Positions 51,757 to 64,000 of a stretch of 64,000 bases of DNA are shown here, piece by piece. The DNA lies in the NCBI GenBank assembly GCA_964016885.1, contig OZ024740.1, positions 14,074,001-14,138,000 of the forward strand, given 5' to 3'. Numbering within the stretch: position 1 is the first letter of the stretch; each line of letters opens with the position of its first letter. This DNA comes from Eledone cirrhosa. Its lineage: Eukaryota. The notes beneath the pieces were generated by a model. The model had not been told where the DNA came from and ran no database searches. It saw only the letters and a program-made list of their open reading frames with translations. Position numbers and translations under genes: made by a program.

Positions 51757-52362
51757 CGTGACTATGTAGGACTGATATAAGTGGCATATGAAGTGTGTGC
51801 TTGTGTGTCTGTGCGTCTGGTAGTGGAAACGTGTGTTGCCAAATGATTGTGAAACACAATAAGACTTATATATAAAGGAAAAGAATGAGGATGATGGTGG
51901 GTGTTGTAGATCAGTTGACAGGATATTTTCTTGTGGGTTCTTCCAAGTTGAAAGTAGATAGCTTTTGAGATGTAAGCAGACTTTAAGCAGATCCTTTTTA
52001 GGATTGGGGTATTTTTTCAATGCGGACGCACCTTGTAAAGTCCTAAATATTTCACGAAGGTAGAGTGGATATCTCTTTGTTCTATTGATGTATGGTCTGG
52101 ACTACTCTAGTTATTTCCATGATATTTTATGTGGGATCCATTTAATATGTATATGTATGCATGTATGTATGTATGTATGTATGTATGTATGTATGTATGT
52201 ATGTATGTATGTATGTATGTATGTATATATAAATGTGTGTGTGTGGGTAGGTGGGTGTATGATACAAAATCTGAGCAGACGTGACATGGACATCATTGTG
52301 ATCTCTAACAAACACAGTTGTGGCTGTGTTTTTCACTGTCTGTCCACATAATGTGTGTTCAG

Positions 52363-52472
<110 letters not shown>

Positions 52473-52508
52473 CGTATATATATATGTGTGTGTGTGTGTA
52501 TGTATATG

Positions 52509-52580
<72 letters not shown>

Positions 52581-52741
52581 CATATATACATGTGTAAGCA
52601 ATTGCAAATATAAATATTTATGCATGAATATGTTTATTGACTTTATATATATATATTATATATATAACAAGCTCATATGTCCCAAGGCTCTGATAACATT
52701 AACACTATAAACACAGAGCTGGCATATCTAAGAACTGACTA

Positions 52742-52797
52742 ACTGCCTGATGAGGTCATAGCCATTCAATGGCTACCATCGAAATATATATAGCAGT
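52742..52797 (+). ncRNA. Type I hammerhead ribozyme motif
   Basis: ACTGC-CTGATGA-ggtca TAGCCATT c AATGGCTA ccatc-GAA-ATATATAT-A-GCAGT, then AATAAA. Perfect 5-bp stem I and palindromic stem III. Confidence 0.75.
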
Positions 52798-52839
52798 AAA
52801 TAAAGGATTATGAGTTCATGCAATTGACTTATGTTTTCG

Positions 52840-52882
<43 letters not shown>

Positions 52883-52902
52883 TAAAAACGAAAAATCAGT
52901 GA

Positions 52903-52964
<62 letters not shown>

Positions 52965-53038
52965 TATTGAAGTTTCCGTTGAAAATTGAAAAAGTGAAAG
53001 GAGTGAAGAATGCTCTATGTAAGTGCCAGAGCAAAATT

Positions 53039-53955
53039 TAATGTATAATAAACAATACAATATAATTACCTCATTACCAGAGGTTTCCCGAATAAGACGA
53101 ATACGAAATACGTCCTCATTCGTTCGTCGGACAAGGCAATTTAAAACATAGTGAGATATTTGAAAAGTCTCCTCAAGAAATGCAAAAAATATATAAATAA
53201 AAGTAATGCAAGAGATATATAAAAAAAATAAGGAAATATAGTTAGGGTATGTGTATATGTATGTATATACGCTCACAAATGTACATATGTGTGTATGTAC
53301 AAATGCATGTGTATGGTGAAAATGTGTGCGTAAGTACATATATGAGGGCAAGTATATTTGTGTATATGTGACCACAAATACGTATATAATATGAGTTGAA
53401 AAAGAAATTGTATGATAATATAGTTGACACGCATCCAGATACAGGTATTAAATACAGATACGCGTATGAAAGCACGCGTATAAACACACACATACGCGCG
53501 GTCACTTATATGCGGAAGATAAAGAGGGAATGGAGTGTAATAGTAAAAAGATGTGTCATTCTCGATATATGTATAAAAATGAAACAATATATGAGAATGA
53601 AAAATTTTTTTTAAATCAAAGAGAAAGTAATCAATTAACACTAGAGAAAAGAAAAACATAGGTACGCACGTACATACACATATATATATATATATATAAA
53701 AATATATTTATACACACAAATACGTACAGACAAAAGCGCATGCATGCGTACATACATACACACGAGGCACGTATATATATATCGCCACATGTATATCTAA
53801 TCACACGTACGTACGCGACTATATATATATATACATATATACATACACACCCATACATACATATACATATACACACATATACATACACATACACATACAT
53901 TCACCCGCATACAGACACACGTATAAATAAGTATGTAAAAAACATAGATATAAAA
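53039..53955 (-). repeat. Inverted 5' copy of the Naiad-type element terminal repeat (pLTR)
   Basis: Reverse complement of 56493-57398 (mirrored ORFs such as 53242-53505 / 56933-57196); hammerhead-like motif at 53063-53134. Confidence 0.9.
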
Positions 53956-53969
53956 AAAAAATATATCCT

Positions 53970-56083
53970 TTGTATTACTCTATCAAGAATATCCCAACAC
54001 CTTCTAACACTTCTTACACGAAAATGCTGATAGACAAAGTAGAGAAAGTTGTTAAAAGAATGAGATGGAAAGCTTTGATTCTCGATGGTCACTTTAACAC
54101 GGACTCTACGGAACATTTTGATATCAAAACTCATAAATACCCGCAAAGAGTAAAAGATATGACCGCTTTTGAACTAGACTTAGTTAATCTAATCAACAAT
54201 ATCAATTTTTGTAATTACTCTAACCCTTTTCAATCTAAACTATCTAATGATATTTCAATATTCAAATCTTCTAAAAATAAGTTCATTTTCTCCGACAAAA
54301 CTAAAAACTTATACGAAGTTAATAATAATTTACATGACCAACTCTTAATAGATAACATCACCTCTAAATACCAAATAGCTAATATAAACACGTATAATAA
54401 TATATATAAGGAAGCTAAAGAATTAACTAGTTCTTTAAAAATAGATAATAGGACAGAAAAACTTGCTAAACGTAATGCATATATCACTCTTAAAGATCAC
54501 AAACCTGACTTTATTAATCGTCCTAGTTGTAGATTAATCAACCCTGCTAAGACTGATATCGGTCTTGCCAGCAAAAAAGTTTTAAATAATATAAACACAC
54601 AGATTAGAAGTAAGTCTGAATTACACCAATGGATAAATAGCTCTTCCGTAGTACATTGGTTTAATAATAATATTAAAGATAAAAATATTTCTAGATTCAC
54701 CCAATTTGACATTGTAGATTTCTACCCGTCTATCACTCAGACTCTTTTAGCGAAAGCCTTAAATTTCGCTAGAAAGTTTACCAATATTTCTGATATTGAA
54801 GAGAATGTCATCTTGCATGCTAGAAACACTCTACTCTTTACTGATAATGACACTTGGGTAAAAATATCTAACCCAGAGAACCTATTCGATGTCTCAATGG
54901 GTTCTTTTGACAGTGCTGATGTTTGTGATTTAGTCGGCCTATTCCTCCTACACACACTTAAAAATAAATTCCCTAACCATAATTTTGGGCTTTATCGCGA
55001 CGATGGTCTAATACTTTCCCATACCACCATAGGCCATAACTTAGATAGATTAAGGAAAGACTTAATAAAAACCTTCGCTAGTTTTAATCTTAAAATTACT
55101 ATTGACACTAACCTTTCCAATGTTAATTTTCTAGATATAAACCTAGATCTGCCTACTGCTTCTTATAAACCATACCATAAACCTAATGAAAATTTAAAAT
55201 ATATAAATAAAGGCTCTTGCCATCCTCCTATAGTTTTTAAAAACCTTATCCCTAATATTAGCCGTAGGATCTCCACCCTCTCTTCCTCAGAAGCTATTTT
55301 CAATAAGGCAGCCCCCTACTATAATAAAGCCCTTCGCAAACCGATTAAGTACATACCCAACAATACTAACTCTTTTAAACATAATAATAGGAAAAGAAAA
55401 ATAATCTGGTTCACACCACTCCCCTATTCTCTATCAGTTAAAACTAATGTAGGCAAAACATTCCTAGAGCTCTTAGATAAACATTTCCCTAGAACACATA
55501 GATACTATAAGATCTTCAATAGAAACTGTGTCAAAATTAGCTATCCTGCGGTCCCCCTATTAAATCTGATATCATCAATAAGAAATCACCAAGAGAACAT
55601 CAAAACTGCTCCTGTAGAGTCAAAAGTGAATGCCCATTACAAGGTAAATGCAACACCAAAGCCATTGTATATGTGGCTAAAGTGACAACCACCAGCAACA
55701 ACCAACCAGCCACCAGCGAAGGATATGTGGGTATGACACAAGAAAAATTCAAACGCGTTATTACTCACATGTCGCATCTTTCCGACATCCAGACAAAAGA
55801 TTCACAATAGCTCTGGCTAGCAGAATATGGGATTTGAAAGACCAAGGTATCCAATATAAATTAGATTGGTCAATTTTGAACCAATCTAAAGAATATGCAA
55901 GAGGAACAAGAAGATGAAACACTCTGCATAAGTGAAAAATATTGGATTTTACAGAACCTTAAATCACCAAAAACCTGCCTAAAAACAAAAACAGAAATTT
56001 TCACCAGTTGCCCACACATGAAATCACACTTGCTTTCCAGCTCATATAAACTTAACTCACTTTCAGATACTTATCCTCCATAA
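53970..56083 (+). pseudogene. Near full-length Naiad-type Penelope-like element ORF (reverse transcriptase + GIY-YIG endonuclease), frameshifted in the 3' third
   Basis: YSIKNIPTP...KRMRWKA; SDKTKNLY; QFDIVDFYPSI; MGSFDSADVCDLVG; LYRDDGL; NFLDINL; KPYHKPN...HPP. Shifted frames give CSCRVKSECPLQGKC-AIVYVAKV...GYVGMT-FKR, SHVASFR, LASRIWDLKD, WSIL, LCISEKYWI...FTSCPH. Frameshifts near 55545, 55757 and 55920. Confidence 0.92.
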
Positions 56084-56492
56084 ACTCTTATTCTTCACTT
56101 TCCTTAAATTATCCTCTTTACAGACTTCTCTTTCTGATTTACTTTCATTTTTAACTTTATTTTTAATTTTATTTTTATTTTTACTTCACATCCACCAGTA
56201 AATCCCCCCCCCCCCCGATTCACTTACCTAATATCTTCACATTCCACATTTTATTTCCCCATTTTCTTTCACTACCTGAAATCGCTGTCACTTGCGTTTT
56301 CCACTCAAGATATATTCTGTTGTTTCGCAGCCGATTTTATATTTGCACTCATTTATTCATATGGCTGGTTTATAATCTGTATCTATGTGTGTGAGTGTGC
56401 TTATGTGCGTATACGTTCTGTATATGTATACGAACGCCTCCGTATGTGTGCGTGTGTACGTATATATATATATATATGTGTGTGTATGTGTG

Positions 56493-57394
56493 TTTTTATA
56501 TCTATGTTTTTTACATACTTATTTATACGTGTGTGTGTATGCGGGTGAATGTATGCGTATGTGTATGTATATGTGTGTATATGTATATGAATGTATGGGT
56601 GTGTATGTATATATGTATATATATAGTCGCGTACGTATGTGTAATTAGATATACATGTGGTGATATATATATACGTGCCTCAAGTGTATGTATGTACGCA
56701 TGCATGCGCTTTTGTCTGTACGTATTTGTGTGTATAAATATTTTATATATATATATGTGTATGTACGTGCGTACCTTTGTTTGTTTTCTTTTCTCTAGTG
56801 TTAATTGATTACTTTCTCTTTGATTTAAAAAAAATTTTCATTCTCATATATTGTTTCATTTTTATACATATATCGAGAATGACACATCTTTTTACTATTA
56901 CACTCCCTTCCCTCTTTATCTTCCGCATATAAGTGATCGCGCGTATGTGTGTGTTTATACGCGTGCTTTCATACGCGTATCTGTATTTAATACCTGTATC
57001 TGGATGCGTGTCAACTATATTATCATACAATTTCTTTTTCAACTCATATTATATACGTATTTGTGGTCACATATACACAAATATACTTGCCCTCATATAT
57101 GTACTTACGCACACATTTTCACCATACACATGCATTTGGACATACACAGATATGTACATTTGTGAGTGTATATACATACATATACACATACCCTAACTAT
57201 ATTTCCTTATTTTTTTATATATCTCTTGCATTACTTTTATTTATATATTTTTTGCATTTCTTGAGGAGACTTTTCAAATATTTCACTATGTTTTAAATTG
57301 CCTTGTCCGACGAACGAATGAGGACGTATTTCGTATTCGTCTTATTCGGGAAACCTCTGGTAATGAGGTAATTATATTGTATTGTTTATTATAC

Positions 57395-57398
<4 letters not shown>
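56493..57398 (+). repeat. 3' terminal repeat (pLTR) of the Naiad-type element
   Basis: Follows the ORF, ends at (TA)n and has an inverted twin at 53039-53955. Confidence 0.85.
57303..57374 (+). ncRNA. Hammerhead-like motif with extended stem II (CCGACGA core variant)
   Basis: CCGACGA-a-CGAATGAGGACG...CGTCTTATTCG-g-GAA-ACCTC tggtaat GAGGT-A. Closed 5-bp stem III and GUA triplet; stem I is weak. Confidence 0.6.
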
Positions 57399-57481
<83 letters not shown>

Positions 57482-57491
57482 GCATGTACAT

Positions 57492-57580
<89 letters not shown>

Positions 57581-57593
57581 CATATATATATAC

Positions 57594-57626
<33 letters not shown>

Positions 57627-57861
57627 ATATATATATTTTATATATATAATATATATGCAGAGGTGATATTTAATTTGTTGGGATTCAACAAGCTTAAACA
57701 TTTTTAATATATATATATATATTATATACACATAATATATATATATATATTATATATATAATATATATATATTATATACATATAATATATATATATAAAG
57801 TCAATTAACATATTCATGCATAAATATTTATATCTGCAATTGCTTACACATGTATATATGA

Positions 57862-57904
<43 letters not shown>

Positions 57905-57927
57905 AATATAGATACATACATATACAT

Positions 57928-57988
<61 letters not shown>

Positions 57989-58147
57989 CACACACACATA
58001 TATATATATACACACACACAAATTATATATACATATATAATTATAATGTGTTCGACAGTTTCATGCGAGTTTCATGAAGTAAAGCCCCGTGTGAGGAGGT
58101 TGTACAGTTTGAGGAGTGTTATTGACTACATAATGTGATCACTTTCC

Positions 58148-58241
58148 CTTCTTCTTCTTCTTCTTCTTCTTCTTCTTCTTCTTCTTCTTCTTCTTCTTCT
58201 TCTTCTTCTTCTTCTTCTTCTTCTTCTTCTTCTTCTTCTTC
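58148..58241 (+). repeat. (CTT)n microsatellite
   Basis: About 31 perfect units. Confidence 0.95.
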
Positions 58242-58342
58242 TAGTTGTTGTTGTTGTAGTAGATATGTACGTATGTATATCTTCATATGTGTAATGTATG
58301 AATTATGATTTGAAATATAATTTCATATATACTTGCATATAT

Positions 58343-58458
<116 letters not shown>

Positions 58459-58493
58459 GAAAAGTGTAAGTTTCTACACAAAACGAAGGTTAT

Positions 58494-59004
58494 AGAGAAA
58501 ATTGAGGTTGGTAATGGCACATGGAATATATAAGGGACAGAATACTTTTTTGTGAAAAAACATAATTTTATAAGGTAAGGAAATAATAAAGGGTATAAAA
58601 AATGACCGGTTTCGATGGGTCTGCAAAAGCCATCTTTTCGAACGTTGATTAATATTAAGAAAAATCAATAATAAGAAGAGTTAAAATTTGAGATTTGAAA
58701 ATTCAAGTATAAAATTCAGTGTGGGATTTCATAGTAGTTTTCATCTTGGTAGCAGCAAGTTGACTGCTGTGTGTCCCCTTCTGGCAGTGAATGAGGAATT
58801 ATTTCTGGGGAGTGGTTCTTTTCAAGGTCAGATTTAGCGGTGGCCAGATGGCCAGCTGCTGGTCAGTGAGGGGGTGGAAGCAATATACATACATACATTT
58901 CCATGTGGTCGGTAGGAGAGGGGAGAGTGATAGAAAGGGATTTAGTGCACTTACACCCATATATACACATACCCTCATCCACACACACACATATACATAT
59001 ACAT

Positions 59005-59101
<97 letters not shown>

Positions 59102-60130
59102 TACATACACACACATAATATACATACACACATACACACATACATATATACACATACACACACATATATATACACACACACATATATATATACATACACA
59201 TACATCCAGATACACAATACATACACACACACACACACATACATACACACACACACACACACATACATACACATACATACATCCACATGCACACACACAC
59301 ACACACACACATACACATACATACACCCACACACATAGAGAAATTGCCTCCAAATATATATATATACATACATACACATATATTTTTTCCATAATATAAG
59401 AAGTTAGAACAGTGAAATTAAAATACAAGTCATTCTGATCACATTAAGTTCTTCATGTAGATAATTATGTATATAATTATCACTACTATTAAAGACCAGA
59501 GACCAATTCTGTAGAATCAGGTTTATTCTTTGACAGACCATGCCTTTGTGTGACCAACACATCCATGTTAAACCCTGCACGTTCACACACATGTATATAT
59601 ATATATATGCGTACACCAGAATTCACCACTGTCGGTTGCGGGGCCCAATCTACATGAAGAACTCAATGTGATCAGAATGACTTGTATTTTAATTTCACTG
59701 TTCTAACTTCTTATATTATGGAAAAAATATATGTGTATGTATGTATATATATAGATTTGGAGGCCATTTCTCTATGTGTGTGGGTGTATGTATGTGTATG
59801 TGTGTGTGTGTGTGTATGTGTGTGCATGTGGATGTATGTATGTGTATGTATGTGTGTGTGTGTATGTGTATGTATGTGTGTATCTGGATGTATGTGTATG
59901 TATATATATGTGTGTGTGTGTGTGTGTATATATATGTGTGTGTGTATTTGTATGTGTGTATGTATATATGTGTGTGTGTATATGTATGTGTGTGTGTGTA
60001 TGTATGTGTGTATCTGGATGTATGTGTATGTATATATATGTGTGTGTGTGTATATATATGTGTGTGTATGTGTATATATGTGTGTGTGTGTGTGTATGTG
60101 TATATGTATATGTATGTGTGTGTGTATGTA

Positions 60131-60195
<65 letters not shown>

Positions 60196-60703
60196 ATGTA
60201 TATATATTTGTGTGTGTGGATGAGGGTATGTGTATATATGGGTGTAAGTGCACTAAATCCCTTTCTATCACTCTCCCCTCTCCTACCAACCACATGGAAA
60301 TGTATGTATGTATATTGCTTCCACCCCCTCACTGACCAGCAGCTGGCCATCTGGCCATTGCTAAATCTGACCTTGAAAAGAACCACTTCCCAGAAATAAT
60401 TCCTCATTCACTGCCAGAAGGGGACACACAGCAGTCAACTTGCTGCTACCAAGATGAAAACTACTATGAAATCCCACACTGAATTTTATACTTGAATTTT
60501 CAAATCTCAAATTTTACTCTTCTTATTATTAATTTTTCTTAATATTAATCAACGTTCGAAAAGATGGCTTTTGCAGACCCATCGAAACCGGTCATTTTTT
60601 ATACCCTTTATTCTTTCCTTACCTTATAAAATTATGTTTTTTCACAAAAAAGTATTCTGTCTCTTATATATTCCATGTGCCATTACCAACCTCAATTTTC
60701 TCT
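58494..60703. repeat. ~2.2-kb inverted repeat (arms 58494-59462 and 59648-60703) with decayed hammerhead motifs near both outer ends
   Basis: Mirrored ORFs (MRNYFWGVV.. / MRNYFWEVV..). TCGAAAA-GATGG...CCATC-GAA-ACCGGT-C at 60556-60593 (+) and its mirror at ~58603-58640 (-). Confidence 0.9.
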
Positions 60704-60908
60704 CTCTCTCTATATATATATACACGGTCATAAATAAACACTAGAATAAATAATGAACTAGCTATGAATTTAGATGTCACCAGCTCATAAATTATTGAGT
60801 CTCACAAGCTTCCCACAGATATGATAAGACGTACACATATATATACATATACACATATACATATATATTATTCTGCTGATACACATACATGCGCATTTGT
60901 ACATATGA

Positions 60909-60939
<31 letters not shown>

Positions 60940-61090
60940 AGAATTAAAATACTAGAGTGTGTTGGAGTTAAACACCTTCTTCATATTATAGAAATGACAG
61001 TATAAGATATAGCTCAATGTAACTAAATGGAGCCGAAGAATTATAAAAAATAAACCAAAGAAGCCTTCAATACATCAAAAGTCTTTATTA

Positions 61091-61128
61091 ACCAACAATG
61101 TTTCGTCCTATTAAGGACTCATCAGGGC
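61091..61128 (-). ncRNA. Minimal type I hammerhead ribozyme motif
   Basis: GCC-CTGATGA-GTCC ttaata GGAC-GAAA-CATTGT-T-GGT on the - strand. Confidence 0.8.
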
Positions 61129-61397
61129 AAGTAAAGCTACAAGAAGCACTATCGGCCAATACAAGCCAAAAACTCAGAAGAATATCGAGTATACATCTAT
61201 TAAAGCTTAGGAAAGATATCAAGGAAAAGTTGGCTAAGATTAAGAGTGAGCAGTTACAAACATAGATATAGACCAAATAGCAAGGAAGTAATTAACATGT
61301 TGAACCCACATTGTAAATATTGTATAATGCAAAAACTTGAAACACAAATGGTAATATAATGCGAGAATACAGTACGATATAGAATATAATATAATAT

Positions 61398-61560
61398 TAT
61401 TAAGGAGGATAGGTGAAATCGACGTGTAATAGGCATCAATATCAAACTGGATAAACCTACTAGACTCAAGTTTATTCATACCAGAGAACCAATCTATAAC
61501 ATCCTTAGTGTTCCCCCATAGATTAAAATAAACCTTTTGCCTAACTGCTGGTATAATGTT
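61398..61560 (-). pseudogene. Naiad-type RT fragment
   Basis: NIIPAVRQKVYFNLWGNTKDVIDWFSGMNKLESSRFIQFDIDAYYTSISPILLN aligns by eye with NINTQIRSKSELHQWINSSSVVHWF...SRFTQFDIVDFYPSITQTLL of the 53970 ORF. Confidence 0.8.
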
Positions 61561-62501
61561 TTTGTTTTACGATCTTCAGTTTATTTTATTTATTTTTTTA
61601 CTACCACATGTAATTTCATTAATATATGTCTGTGTATGTCAACCACGTAAATACATATATTAAACTTTTCCTTAGACTCTGTTTGATATTTGATATTAAC
61701 GTTGTTATATCATATCATTTTTATGTAATCGTATTATAGATTTTAATATATGTTATTTGAAGTACTGTTCTGTCATATTTTGTAATATTTTGTGATATTT
61801 CGGTAATATTTATGCCAATGTAAAATGACTTGACCTCCGTGTATTTGTTGCATTGGTATAGATATTTTTTCAACACAATTTTTTCAACATAATTTAGTTC
61901 TATATGATTTTTTTCTTACCCTGTGTAAAACTTTATACTATTTGTTAACCTTGAATTATATATATGATGTAATTTTGTATATCTTTTGATGCCAATATAT
62001 TATAATATTGTTATTATAATGTTATTATAATGTTTTTATATTGTTTATGCACACTGACAGGGAATTATATATTATATTTTATTTTTATTTTTATCTTTAT
62101 TATATTATACTGTAAACAATATATATATATTTAAATACTTAATAAGTGTTAGTTTGTGTTTGTACTAATGTATATATGTATATATATATATATATATACA
62201 TATATTAAGCTTTTTATTATCACCATATATTATATTATATTATATTCTATATCGTACTGTAATTCTCGCATTATATTACCATTTGTGTTTCAAGTTTTTG
62301 CATTATACAATATTTACAATGTGGGTTCAACATGTTAATCACTTCCTTGCTATTTGGTCTATATCTATGTTTGTAACTGCTCACTCTTAATCTTAGCCTA
62401 CTTTTCCTTGATATCTTTCCTAAGCTTTAATAGATGTATACTCGATATTCTTCTGAGTTTTTGGCTTGTATTGGCCGATAGTGCTTCTTGTAGCTTTACT
62501 T

Positions 62502-62539
62502 GCCCTGATGAGTCCTTAATAGGACGAAACATTGTTGGC
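62502..62539 (+). ncRNA. Minimal type I hammerhead ribozyme motif
   Basis: GCC-CTGATGA-GTCC ttaata GGAC-GAAA-CATTGT-T-GGC, then AATAAA. Confidence 0.8.
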
Positions 62540-62600
62540 TAATAAAGACTTTTGATGTATTGAAGGCTTCTTTGGTTTATTTTTTATATATATATATATA

Positions 62601-63004
62601 CTTCGTATTTTAATTTGTTTTACAAGATGTCTTATCTGAAAACGTGTGTTAAAACAGATATTGTTATACTTTGGTAGAGTCATGCTGCCAATAATGATTT
62701 TCACTTCAATTTATTATAAGTTTCAGGTTGGCTGGTTGGTTCAATAACCGGATGGTTGTTTATATATTGTCAAAGCTTTTTCGTCACACATTCTGTAACC
62801 GCCTCAGTGACTGATTTCTTATTTAGTGTCTCTTTTTTGTTGTATCCCACACCACTTGAAAAGGTCACAGAATGTGTAACGAAAGAACTTTGACAATACA
62901 TAAACAACCATCCGGTTATTGAATCAACCAACAGGAGATTTATAATAAATTGAAGCAAAAACTAAGAGATATGTGTTTTTATTGGCACCATGACTCTCCC
63001 AAAC
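62601..63004. mobile_element. Older, shorter palindromic copy of the 49147-49729 family with decayed hammerheads
   Basis: Arms ~62670-62812 and ~62857-63004; TTGAAAAGGTCACAGAATGTGTAACGAAAGAACTTTGAC; 62601-62660 matches the 49730-49786 tail inverted. Confidence 0.75.
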
Positions 63005-63011
63005 TCTATAT

Positions 63012-63900
63012 ATAGTAGCAATGGTACCCGGCGTTGCACGGGGTAAGGTATTTTGGAACGCGGGCCGCCAATAGACCTAAAAACTGCATGCCTGAACAAT
63101 ATGTAAAGAAAATAAACCGAATACTCTGATGACTGGATAATCTTTAAGATTTTCCTCGATGAAGCAGGAAAAATGCAGGTTTTCACCTAATGCGGGCCCT
63201 AGGGGATCAAGAAAATGAATTTTTTTTATGTGCATAATATGCCTTGAAATTTCGGGAAAATCAGCTAGACGTAACGCCTCCAAAAAGCCCTAAGAAGCAG
63301 AAAAAATGAACTTTTTCACCTAATGCGGGCCCTAGGCCATAAGAAAGTTGGATTTTCTTTGCTTACGGTATGAAGAAGAGACTGACTAATACATAGTTAC
63401 AATTTCAAGGAAATCGGTCTGACGTAACGCCTCAAAAAACCCCTAAAAATGTTAAACAACGTAGTTTTTAACCTAAAGCGGGCCCTAGGAGATAAAAAAA
63501 AAAGTTGAATTCACTCCCTGAAACATAAGTAATACACATGTAAAGTTTGAAAAAAATCGGCTGGGTACTTCTCGAGTTTTAGGGATTCAAACTCACACAC
63601 ACACACACACACACAGACATCCTCAGGGAAGTGACGTAATGCAGACAGTCAGACATACAGACAGATATTATAAGGGCCGTACGTTATAAGTATGTATCTA
63701 TCTAAAAAGAGAAAGACTAAGAATTGTAGAGCGAGGTCGCTAAATCACCTGGGGCATATAAAATTTGAAATTCTTTTTGCTCAGAACACTCACTGAAACA
63801 TAAGTATTACATGTGTAAAGTTTGAAAACAGTCGGTTAGGTGTTTCTCGAGTTTTAGGGATTCGAACTCACACACACACAGACAGACATCCTCAGTTTTA
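63012..63900 (+). mobile_element. Helitron/Helentron-like non-autonomous element with internal duplications
   Basis: Starts AGTAGCAATGGTACCCGGCGTTGCACGGG. TTTCACCTAATGCGGGCCCTAGG-like block three times; 63518-63625 duplicated at ~63794-63896; ends (CA)n-CAGACAGACATCCTCAGTTTTATATA. Confidence 0.5.
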
Positions 63901-64000
63901 TATATATATATATATATTGTGTGTGTGTGTATGTGTGTATATGTGTGTGTGTGTGAGTAAGTATAGTTGTATGTAAATATGTGTGTATGTTATGTGTGTA

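Larger units (their letters stand above)
61042..62588. mobile_element. Rearranged Naiad-type PLE remnant with inverted ~355-bp terminal repeats
   Basis: 61042-61398 is the reverse complement of ~62230-62588; both arms carry an HHR; RT fragment inside. Confidence 0.8.

Overview
Eukaryotic, AT-rich, repeat-dominated DNA with no supportable host gene. The SINE families and the dense (TA)n/(CA)n microsatellites suggest an octopus/cephalopod genome (inference). The window holds: (i) several Penelope-like retroelements (PLEs), namely a near full-length frameshifted Naiad-type RT+GIY-YIG element (53970-56083) between inverted ~900-bp terminal repeats, a GC-rich 5'-truncated Neptune-type element (15495-17957) and three shorter Naiad-type fragments; (ii) more than a dozen hammerhead-ribozyme (HHR) motifs from about ten unrelated repeat families, many in large palindromes wedged between (TA)n tracts; (iii) two 10-bp-period satellites (2.3 kb and 20 kb, the larger with a ~5.56-kb tandem duplication); (iv) tRNA-derived SINEs, MITEs, Helitron-like non-autonomous elements and an R4/Dong LINE scrap. 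The most notable observation is a non-coding, terminally redundant ~625-bp repeat (5007-6378; relatives at ~9.0 kb and ~18.0 kb). It carries what looks like a non-circularly permuted, multiply pseudoknotted hammerhead ribozyme. Support comes from covariation between copies and from one copy starting exactly at the predicted cleavage site. All structures were read by eye; no folding or database search was run.
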